The translations under genes and the position numbers were made by a program. A stretch of DNA of 64,000 nucleotides from Moniliella sp. 'wahieum' (taxonomy: Eukaryota): contig RSEE01000014.1 in assembly GCA_003971905.1 (NCBI GenBank), forward strand, positions 744,001 through 808,000, given 5' to 3'. This document shows positions 1-9,835 of this stretch, in pieces (within the stretch, counting starts at the first letter, position 1; every line of letters starts with the position of its first letter). The notes under the pieces are model-generated. The model did not search any database. It saw only the letters and a list, made by a program, of their open reading frames with translations, and was not told the DNA's origin.

Positions 1-1391
1 AGTTGTGTTGTTGCTGCATCCACTTTCTCCAACATGGCCCCTCCTTTCCGCGTTGCAAATAATGCTTCACCGTTATCTCCTCGTCCAATAACCTTCACCC
101 CTTGCGCCCCTTCTCGTACGCTCACATAATGTAATCCACCTCCATACTCACTGTTCCAAACGCTCCGGTGGCCCCATTAAACGATAATTCATACGCCTGG
201 CCTTCCTCCCCGCCCCGTTTCCTCTTCTTATCCTCCTCCACACAACCAGCTTATTGAGAAAACATGAGTGTTCCAGTTGGAGTGCACAAAAAATGAGAAC
301 CAGCTTCCGCCCTGAATATTGCAACGTCCCCCGATGTTGGTTTAGGTGCAGGTATAGAAATGAAGATGTGCTCCAGCTATTACGACATTGCTGTGATGCG
401 GAGAGATGATAGCTTCTCTAGACAGACTCTTTCTGTGACGCTGGTACTAGATCACTGCTGTATCTGGGTGTTTGCGTCTTCATTTGTCCTCCTGCTTTCC
501 CTTTTCTTCCTTCTCTGTTTTCTCCCCATGCCGCATACCGCTTCCCTCTCGTTCATCCTCCGTGCTCGAGCCACATCCCTATAGTTCTTTCAGACAGCAG
601 TGTTGTATAGAGGGAGGGGGGACATCTCATTGCAGTCATCTGTGGTCACAGCGCATCGACATTAGACCATACACAGTTGCACTTGGTTAGTACGCGAGGC
701 ACAAGGGCATACGCAGTGGCAGCTGTGTTGGAGAGACCAGTCTGGACACCCGCTTTTTTTCGGTGCGCTCGAGGCACTTTTAGCAAAAATATAATCCAGG
801 AAAGCCAGTTGCAACACATTGTGTTGTGCGCGCGCTCAACTACCTCTCGCCACCATTCTGCTTTCACATTGACACTCTAGAGTAGCACACCTGGTTAAGT
901 TCCCTGCTATATAATACAGCGCTGGCGCTGCGTCTTAAACTCCCCCAGCATGTGCGGGCTGCGGGGTCCTCGAAGCTTGATGTGACTGTTGACGATCAAC
1001 GATCAACGTTCCACGTTCAACGCGGCGTCAGCGCACCAACGTCGTCAAAGCTCAACACAATGTATGAGTGGTGGTACGATCGCTAACTCAATTCTGTGTG
1101 TGTTATACAAGTCACTCCTGTCACGCTTTTCTGTTTTTTTGGCATGCGTATACTGTGTGTGGAGAAGTGACATATACATTTTGACCAATACAGCTGTAGC
1201 AACACACGTGGCACCGCACGCACACGCCCATAATAGAGCTGTAGCCTGTGTTTAGCCGCCTCTGTTTGGCATTGTGAATTGGGTCCATCTCATGATACCT
1301 CCTAAGCCTGAGGTCTGAGGCTTAAGGCAGGCCCGACATGCTGACATTTGTCGGCAACGTATTATCTCGGCAAAAACTCTCATATGTGTCA

Positions 1392-1540
1392 CATCTGAGA
1401 TCCCAGATCTCAGATCTCAGATCTCACGCGTCACGAGGGATCTCATCGAGATCAACAAAAAGGCTATCTCTCCCCACCATCAGAGCCTGAGATATCCGGT
1501 CTCGGCCTGGGATTCTGAGATCTCAGATCTGATATCTGAA
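1392..1540. repeat. AGATCT(C)-rich palindromic heptamer array
   Basis: (AGATCTC)x3 at 1405-1425, plus scattered GAGATCTC/AGATCTG/GATATC copies up to ~1540. Confidence 0.85.
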
Positions 1541-1560
1541 TTAACGTTAATCACTAGGTA

Positions 1561-1657
1561 ACGTCCATTTCATTGGCAGACTTAAGAAGGCTGGGACAGG
1601 GGAACGCTACGTCTAAACCTAACCGTTCATCTTGCGGGGGTTACTTAGGGGCGCCAC
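1561..1657 (+). repeat. ~97-bp dispersed repeat, copy A (copy B at 39157-39254)
   Basis: ACGTCCATTTCATTG...GGCTGGGACAGGGGAACGCTACGTCTAAACC...CGTTCATC...GGTTACTT.GGGGCGCCAC aligns end to end with 39157-39254 in the same orientation, with few differences. Confidence 0.9.
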
Positions 1658-1802
1658 CAGGGTATAATAAGATTCCTCCAAAAAAAGTTGGTGCCAAAAC
1701 TGTCACAGTTTAGGTCAGCATCGCGTAAGCCACCGGGTGGGCAGCCACCCGTCCCAGCCACCAGCAACAATCGGTGATATTATTTCGTGGAAGGGTCCCA
1801 GC

Positions 1803-1903
1803 GTGGAACGGTGGCCGGTGGAACGGTGGCTAAGGTGGCGATGGGGGAACGGTGGCTACGGTGGCTAAGGTGGCGACGGTGGAACGGTGGCTAAGGTGGC
1901 GAC
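1803..1903. repeat. GGTGG-based tandem array (higher-order unit GGTGGAACGGTGGCTAAGGTGGCGA)
   Basis: About ten GGTGG cores at 8-9 nt spacing; three reverse-complement GCCACC copies just upstream at 1729-1763. Confidence 0.85.
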
Positions 1904-2319
1904 GCAGCACCAAGCTGGGGCGAAGCCCCAGCCGACCGGGCCGTAGGCCGGGTCCTCCTCGTATAATAACGTACCCAGTTATCGCTTGGTTCCTAATACT
2001 TAGTACTTATGATACAACTTATGGCCTGCTGCACGTGGGAATGACACGGTTAGAGATCGTTCTAAGATTTTATCGAGACACCATCATATCTGCGCTCCAC
2101 GCCGCGCTCCACTCAATATACTCGATGTTTCTCTCCCCGATCCCAACTCTGTCCCACTTCTTTGTCCCAGATCCCAAATCCAATGTGTGTAGCATGTGAG
2201 CCAGGCCAGGCCAGGCCTTCCCGAGACCGAAGGAGATCGGAAACGAGACCCCGGGCAAGCAGCCTTTTGCCACGTCCACGCCACTTGCGTCACTGGGTCA
2301 CCGCTCAGCCTGAGCGCTC

Positions 2320-2484
2320 ACCGTGAGCGCGCGTGAGCGTGGGCTCTCACCTGGTCATCCTAAGACGTCACGCGTCACGCGTCACGCGTCACACCTCAGG
2401 GCCTCGTGAGCGCGTGAGCGCGTGAGCCTCACATGCTCACACACACGCCACGCGTCATGCATCATGCATCATGCATCATGCATC
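2320..2484. repeat. Cluster of palindrome-containing microsatellites
   Basis: (ACGCGTC)x3 at 2370-2390, (GAGCGCGT)x2 near 2408-2423 and (ATGCATC)x4 at 2457-2484. Confidence 0.9.
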
Positions 2485-2489
2485 ATCTT

Positions 2490-3800
2490 GTGACGTAGAG
2501 AACATCGGATGTGACATTGCCCCTTTCAGACCTCACCTCCCCGGCGTTGGAGAAGGCAGGCATGGGCCATACGACGGGCGCGGGGAACAGGCTTGTCGGG
2601 GTACATGGCATGGAAACGAACCACCGGGTCAGCGTCATGGGACATGTCCGCAGCTGGCACCCACTCCCGCTCGTGGACAGGGTAGCCTCGGAAATGGACA
2701 AAGTATACTCCAGACGTCCACCGCGACCCTTGCGGCGGGAGTCAAGAACCTCCTGCACCTCGTGATGAACCGCCCCATCGTCGGCATACTCTCGGGGAGG
2801 GGGGAGGGGGGCTCGACCAAGCGGTTAGAGACCCGTCGCCCGAACTGTAGGCGCGCAACCGCGAGAGACTTTGAACACATCGTGGATATGAAGCCAATCA
2901 GGCAGGCGAACTTCATACGCAGCACGTCCGACAGCACGGACGATTGGAAAGAGTCCCAGGTAGCGGTAAACCAACCCGTCGGAAGGACGTTGGGTGGATA
3001 AGTAGCCATTGCGACGGACTAAAACCGGTTGACCAACTTCAAAGGAGTCGGCCTCGGTGCGATGCTGACCAGCGTAGTGCCGATACCGCCCCTGGGCTGC
3101 GGACAGCGTCTTCCGCGCTACGGCCTGGGCCGAGCGGAGACCCTCGAGGTCCGAAGCGGCGTCCGGCACGGCCGACGACGCAGCCGCTCATCACCGCGGG
3201 GCGAGCCATGTGTAAGGAAAAGTGGGGACGCGCTTGTGCTGGAGTGGAGAGAAGAGTTTAAGCGAACTCGGCCGTGGGGAGAAGATAAAACCAGTTTGAC
3301 TGCTGCTCATCCAGGTAGCAACGAACTGGTACTGCTCAAGAACCTGGTACCTGGTTCACCCTCTCCGTCTGTCCGTCGATTGGGGATGATATATGATACG
3401 CCGTGTTGAGGCTCGAGTGGATGCCCAAGTCACTGCACAGGGCCCTCCAAAAGTGGCTCGCAAGAGTAGGACCACGGTCGCTAACCAAGTCGCGCGGCAG
3501 CCCATCGTAGCGGAACACGAGGTGAACAAACTGGTGGACAAGCACGGTGCCGTGTCCGTTGTGTGGACAGGAATAAAATGCGCGATCTTAGTGAACCTGT
3601 CCACCACGACCAAGACGGCATCGAAACCCTTCGAGAGTGGCAGGTGGGTGATGTGACAAGCGTGCGCATCAGCAGGTGCAAGCTGTCGTACCTCCCCGAA
3701 GAAGTGAATGCAACTCCTCCATATCCGGTGGGCACCACTTCAAGCCCAACCACGGACCACAGTAATCTTCCACGGGCACCGGAGGTATAGGACACGCTCT
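2490..3800 (-). mobile_element. Degenerate chromovirus (Ty3/Gypsy LTR retrotransposon) 3' end: integrase core, GPY/F region, chromodomain, PPT and start of the 3' LTR
   Basis: Frameshifted minus-strand peptides: [28 protein letters not shown] and [32 protein letters not shown] (rve core); FEVGQPVLV...RYLGLFPIVRAVGRAAYEVRLPDWLHIHDVFKVS (GPY/F); VQEVLDSRRKGRGGRLEY/LVHFRGYPVHEREWVPAADM...RFHAMYPDKP (chromodomain). A purine tract GAAAGGGGCAA follows, then TGTCAC starting at 2516. Confidence 0.9.
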
Positions 3801-4149
3801 CCGTCCACGTATCGCCTTGTGGGGCGCAGTGAGCTGGTCGCTCTGAACGCGGTGAACGCCCTGAACGACGACAATCCAAATTCTCGTCAGCTGCGTTCTC
3901 GCAGGCGGCGTTGACAAAAGCTGAAGCGTGCGTCTAGTAAGAAAAGAACTTTGTATACTGGTGGAAGCAAGTGGTTTGGACACGGAAGTAAGGTGGATGG
4001 ATGCATCATTGATTAAGCAAACACATTTACGGACGCGCAGGGTTGAACTGAACAGGGGACCGAGGTGGAGGAGACGCTGGCCGGGGTACCACGGGAACAG
4101 AGATGGAGGAGGAGGGGGGGCGGAGGAGAGGGGGAGGGGGGGGGTGAAG

Positions 4150-7100
4150 ATCGGTGAGGCGCTCAAGAATGGACGGAGGCATCGGACAAGGGGGGTAATG
4201 GTATTATCTTTTGAGTTGTTTGAGGGACAAGTCCCTTTCTTGACCGAATTCAGTTTCCTCCAGATCTCCTCAACCTTGAACGGAGTCCATTCCTTCTCTG
4301 GTAAGACCAAGTCAACGTCGTCGATTTGTTGTAATTTGTCACAGATCATTGAGAACCCGCCGCGCTTCTTGCCCAATATTTCGAAGGCGGTGTGGACCCG
4401 CTTGACGATTTCGGACGTGGTGAGTTTGACCTTGTACGTGGTGATGAGCTTCTCGATGCGCCGCCCCACCTTGCGACGGCGTTTGAGCTGGTTTTCTTGG
4501 GCACCACCGACCGCTTTGAGACCAGGTCGTCGCCGTCCATCTGGTCCGTTGAATCGGGATGGCGGAGTAAGCTGATCCCGCAGACAAAGCACTCCCCCCC
4601 ATCCCCTGTCCCACTCCTCACAGGCTGGGGTTACGGACGCGACGTTTGGACGCAGCGTAAGTTCACTAGGAAAAGGAGCAGGAGGTGAAGGAGGGGGTTG
4701 TATGGTCCGAAGCAGTGCGTCACACGTGACCGTAATCGCGCTGCTTGGAATAGAGGCTGTGGGGTTGTAGCGACGACAGGGACTGGCCCCAGGCGACTTC
4801 CTGCCGCAGCAGACGCAGCAGACGTCGTCGTTCGAACAAGGGTGGGGTTGACCATCACAGGAGGCGGAGTTGCATCAGGTGCGGGAACAACGTCAACACG
4901 TCGCCCCAAGGGAAGCACAGGGGCTTCTAAAGCAGGCACGGGGTCGTCTGAAGCAGGCAAAGGGGGGGCCGTTGGCCCTGCGGGCGAGCGTGAAGCTTCG
5001 TTGGGGTCCACGGGAAAACGGGTGATGGAATCCAGGCCTGCTGCGGGTGGAGACACACGGCGGGGTGGGGGGCCAATCGCATCCTGTGGAACGCCTATGC
5101 GGCCCGCGATGGCGGCAAGCATGGTCGTCATGCCCTTCATTTCGTTCGCCATGCCCTCCACTTTGGTCTCGATGCCCTCCACTTTGGTCTCGATGCCTTC
5201 CATTTTGGTCTTGAGGCTCTCCAATTCACTCCGCATACCCTGTACGCTCAAGTCGCACGCGTCCACGTGATCCGCGTTGCCCTTAATCAACTCTTCCAAA
5301 TGGGGCAGTGAACTTCCCACAGCATTAGCCGTCTGGATCGTCATCGCATCGGACGATTCTTGAGCTTCTGCGAACCTGTGAACCGCATCCTCCACTGAGC
5401 CCATCCTGGTCTTGACCTCTCCAACACACTGCTGATATAAGCAGTGAGCTCAGGCATTGCGCTTTCGAGAGAAGGCCCTATCGGCTCCTGCTGTTCAGTG
5501 ACATAAGCCTTGAGCTGTTCGCTCCACTCACTGTACTCCGCTGACTTGAACACGGGCAACTTCAAATATGGCGGTTGCATGCGGTGTCAGACCAAAAAGG
5601 TGCATCTTGTAGGATTATTCGGCGGAACATCCTCAGCATCTTTGCGAATTCTTTCGCCAAGAGAAGATGTTCTCGCCTGCTGTTGACCTCAGCCCCTTCA
5701 TATGCACGCTTCTTTCCCTTTTGACCGCTGGTGAGGGGCGCGACCTCCTGAAGCGCCTCATCGAGTTTATCCTCCTCCTCGTCCAAGTCAGGAAAAATTT
5801 TGCGCAGGAGATTATCAGGGGGGTCGAGCTGACCTCGGGGAGGAAATAAGAACCGCCTTGAGGTGCCCATCCACTCAACGCGCGCACAACGTTCATGGCA
5901 ATGGGGTTGTCGGTGTATTGAGGTTTGGTCGATGTAGCCCAGTGCCCAGCCCTACCGATTGCATCATCCGGGACACCCAGTGACTCGGCGATACGAGCAG
6001 CGCTCCCACGGAAGATGTCGGTCTTCTTGTGACCGTCGAGCCCCGCTGCCTTTAAATACCGCAGCACCGCCAGGTAATGGCCCGTCTCAGTCATTGGCGA
6101 ACAGCCGATGGGCCTCTTGGATTTGCTGGACTTGCCCGTGCCATTCGCGGGTCCATCCTCGGGCCCATCCTCGGGTTCATCTTCAGGGCCATCCTCAGGG
6201 CCATCCTCGGGTCCATCCTCGGGTCCATCCTCAGGGCCATCCTCGGGTCCATCCTCGGGTCCATCCTCGGGTCCATCCTCAGGGCCATCCTCGGGTCCAT
6301 CCTCGGGTCCATCCTCGGGTCCATCCTCAGGGCCATCCTCAGGGCCATCCTCGGGGCATCCTCAGGGCCATCCTCGGGGCTATCCGCGGGACCATCCTCC
6401 TGCAGATTAGTGGTGGAACGGCCGATCCCCCTGTCGTTGCCTGGAAAAACCGGGTACTTGATTCAAGTCTCCGGTTCGGTTAAGGGCGGGCAGCATCCAT
6501 CGCCCAACCCTTGAGGGCGGCGATCCCTTGCGACTTGCAACCGGAAGAAGAATGCCGCGCTAGAGACGAAAGACAACACCGGTTCGGGTCTTTGTTCCTC
6601 ATAGCACCCATGGCGTGTTTGTTACCCTCCTAGTTGGTTTTTCCGTCTATCAGCAAGATCTGCAGCGCCTCGACCTTCTCGGTAGGTCCCTCTGAGGTAG
6701 GAATTGAGAGAGGAAAACAGTCCATGATCAAAAGTCCACGCGCGGTCGAGCCGCGCAAAAGCCCGAGAGACGCACGCCATAGCGTGGTCACGAACACCCC
6801 CAGCAAAATTACGCGAGTTCTCCAACGTGGCGTTCAAAATCACGTCGAACTGATCGAGCGTATAGCCATCGAGGAAAAACCTGGGTCGGTCACAAGGTCA
6901 ATGATAAAAAAGAAATGGGGAGATTGCACATACCATTCAGGCGGCCTTTGATATCGTTCTTCTGCGTCTTTCCATCAGTTTTGCGCTTGCACACCACAAC
7001 GCTTCTGGTATGCTGGCTCATACGGGGGTTTTCCGGGAAAGCGTCCAACCACTGATACCCCCCTTGCTGTCATACTGGGAGCGTTGGAACTGGTGGAGGC

Positions 7101-7890
7101 CACACACGCTCGAAAGGTAGCTGTTCACTGTGGATTTAGAGAAACCCCCTTTCAACGCCTTGGACGATACGAAGGGTTGGGGCTCTTCAAATAAGTCCTG
7201 TTCGTTTGCCGCTCCAGTTCGAGGGGATTGGCTGTTCTCCGTCCGCCTTCGTTTGTTGGGATCCGATTCGCTGATCTCTGACTGTTTTCGTTTGCTGGAC
7301 TCTTTCGGCTTGTAAATCCAGGAAGGGAGGTCCATGCCCACAAGCTGTCCAGACGCCATGCGCTTGTCGAACGATTCGCCCAGGTAATCTGTGAGCGAAC
7401 CGCCGTTTTCGATCACTGCCTTTGTAAACATTGCCAGGTGATGATCATTAGTGAGGGTCCTGCAGGCACACAGGTGCATCAACATACGATCAGAAAGAGA
7501 AACAAAGGTAGAGCGATGACCAGCATGAAGAGAGAGACCTACCGATGCTCAAACTCGGCTTTGCGCTGCACCACATCGTCATAGGTGGACAGCGACGGTC
7601 TGCCCAAAGAGTGTTCCCTTTGGAGGCAAAACTCCATGAAAGCACGCCCCTTGGGCCGGTAAGTCTGAATGGTGGCCAGGTTTGAATTCTTCATCTTGTC
7701 CTCTTCAAGGATCCGCAAATCCTCCAGACGCTGATCCTCGCTGCGTTTTGAGGAACCAGGGATGAAGTGACCCTGCTGAGGGCGATCCTGCTGAGGGTCA
7801 CCCCGCTGAGGCATCCCACGAATGCGTCCACTAAAATGGGCCGTATCCTGTGATGAGCATGGTCCGCTGGTTGCTGGATGACATGCTCGA
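4150..7890 (-). mobile_element. Decayed CryptonF DNA transposon gene: tyrosine recombinase (NDC10-II-like) plus C-terminal GCR1_C-like domain
   Basis: Crypton motifs in the expected order on the minus strand: TIQTYRPKGRAFMEFC; intron ~7542-7460; STVNSYLSSVCGLHQFQ; LLRGSTARG; GKTN*EGNKHAMGAMRNKDPNRCCLSSLA; KKTDIFRGSAARIAESLGVPDDAIGRAGHW...QY; RMFRRIILQDA; LPVFKSAEY. Then a coiled coil and LRPNVASVTPACEEWDRGWGG...LKRRRKVGRRIEKL (GCR1_C-like). In-frame stops at 6630-6632 and 6463-6465 plus frameshifts. Termini not identified. Confidence 0.88.
6148..6399 (-). repeat. 12-bp minisatellite (~21 copies) encoding (EDGP)n in the Crypton reading frame
   Basis: Plus-strand unit GGGTCCATCCTC/AGGGCCATCCTC; the minus strand reads GAG GAT GGA/C CCC/T. 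Confidence 0.95.
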
Positions 7891-7949
7891 TGACTAGGAG
7901 TACGCAAAGGGAGCTAGATGGGGGTGTGGCAGGACGCGTCAGGCGGTGG

Positions 7950-8400
7950 TAGTAAGTAGGGCGCGCGGTTCTTGTGCCTCGACCACGAGGACTGGGGGGG
8001 GGGCAATTCGACCAGGATTGAAATATCGTAAGCAGCCCCTTCGACACGTATGCTTTGAAACCTGAATCAATATGTTGTTTTGCCTCCCCAAGTCACCCTC
8101 TGTTATGATTCCAGTGTCCACGCTCTGATCCGTTGGCCTCATCGACCTCATCTTAGATCGAAAGCGCGTTCGCGCGATAATACGCACCACGTTCATATAA
8201 GGGGGACCTTGGTCAATATGGTATCTCACTTTAATGCGGTAGAGAACGGGGACAGCAGTGGGATGAACGTCTGGGGGTCATATACAGCTGTTGGAGGGTT
8301 CCGAGAAATGGTCCCTTCCAATATCTTCGAGATTATCGTCAGAGATATATTCAACGAGGAAGTGCTATCGGATGACATTCTTAGTGCCTTCGCAGCCTTC
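7950..8400 (-). mobile_element. Possible Helitron Rep fragment
   Basis: Minus-strand peptides FLVEYISDD...DVHPTAVP...DLGRQNNILIQVSKHTCRRGCLRY resemble the HP...QxHTC..C segment of fungal Helitron Rep proteins. Interrupted by stops; no HUH motif recovered. Confidence 0.3.
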
Positions 8401-9835
8401 GCCTGCTTCTGTTGGAGGGTAGTGCTGGGTTCCCTTGCACGGCCCTCGGTGGATCGGTGACGCTCACTTAGCCGGGCGGAAGAGTTCCGCTCGCAGGGCG
8501 CGCACGCCCTGCTTGCTTCATCTCCATTCTCTCTCTCCTGTCTCCTTCCCTTCAATTCAGATGTGCTTGAAGACTTGCGGCTCACCACTTTGCCTTCACG
8601 CCTTGTCTGAGGCTGCTTTTTGCAGCTATCCATAGGATCGCGAGTGCTCCCGCACTCTAGGTGCTTCGTCTGCTTCGCTCTCTGTCAACATCTATATGCC
8701 AGTGCAGTGGGGCTTAGACAGGAGGGGGTTCATACCAAAACAGGGTCAACCGACAGTCAGCATCCTCGATCAGTGGGGATCCTTTATCCCACCTTCCATT
8801 CTCGTCCCTTCCCGCCTTTCCTGCCCAACTCCTCACCGTTTCTAGCCAACCATGTCGCGTGGGTTCCTTTCACAACAGCCACTGCCGTTCAACAGCCCTG
8901 GCAGTGTCTGTCCGCTCCACTGTATCTACCCGTCTCTCAGCCCCGGAGGCTTCAGACGCGTTACTACCCTCCAGCCGGCGTATACGCAGCCTTGCCACGC
9001 GTGCAGCCGCCTCGGCTTCACGCCCAAAGGCTTCTCCTCCTCGCTCGGATCCACCAAGTAGCCCAAGCCCGAAACTACCGTGAGTCGTCTTTCACCTAAG
9101 GGATTGTCCCCCCTCTCTTCTTGTCCTCCCCCTCTTCTTGGCCTCCCCCCCCCACCCTATTTTTGTCGCAAAGACCCCTTGCTTTCCACATCTCCTCTTT
9201 GCTTTCCACATCTCCTCCTTGCTCCACCACTTATCCTCCTTGCCCCCGCGGCAGCCTTGTGGCCAGGGGGACGGCAGTGGGGGCACAACCGTGGGCGTGG
9301 ATTGAAGGGGCACCGTGTGCCAGTGTGGTCGATGGTGCCGCAATGGGGCACCGGCGGTGAGTACGGGTAGGGGGCATTTTAAGGGAGTGGAGGGACGCGT
9401 CGACGCGACTCTGTCATATGCCCGATCATTGGCGTGCCAGGCCCACCCCCCCCGTCACGTGCGGTGAGGGGGGGGGTAGGTTTGTTGGCGGATTTCTTTG
9501 CACCCTCGCGTATGGTAATAAAGATCCCCTGATGAAGAAAGGTCAAGCCACCATCGAGACGAACACGCACAAGTCCTGTATCTCGAGGGTCTGAGCCAGA
9601 GAAGACCCGTCCCCAGTTTGCACATTCATTTAAGATGCGGGTATGTGGTTTTCAAGGAATCTTGGAACCAACAAGTTCAGCCGTGTATGCATCACGGGCC
9701 TAAGGAAGGCGCTGCCCTTTAACGGATTGCGTATGTGATTCTAGCAAGCCAGGCGCCCATTTTGATAGGCTCGTAATTAGCACCTGGACTCACAAACACC
9801 CAGAAAGGGCATCCGCCGTATGGTTAAACATGGAA

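Noticed and set aside
6148..6399. Minisatellite, or the 21-bp TRIM repeats, as a CRISPR-like array
   Set aside because: Units are directly adjacent with no unique spacers, and there are no cas-like genes in this eukaryotic locus.
5959..6514. Plus-strand ORFs with (HPRV)n, (GSIL)n and (GPSS)n repeats
   Set aside because: Alternative readings of the 12-bp minisatellite; the coding frame is the minus-strand Crypton EDGP frame.
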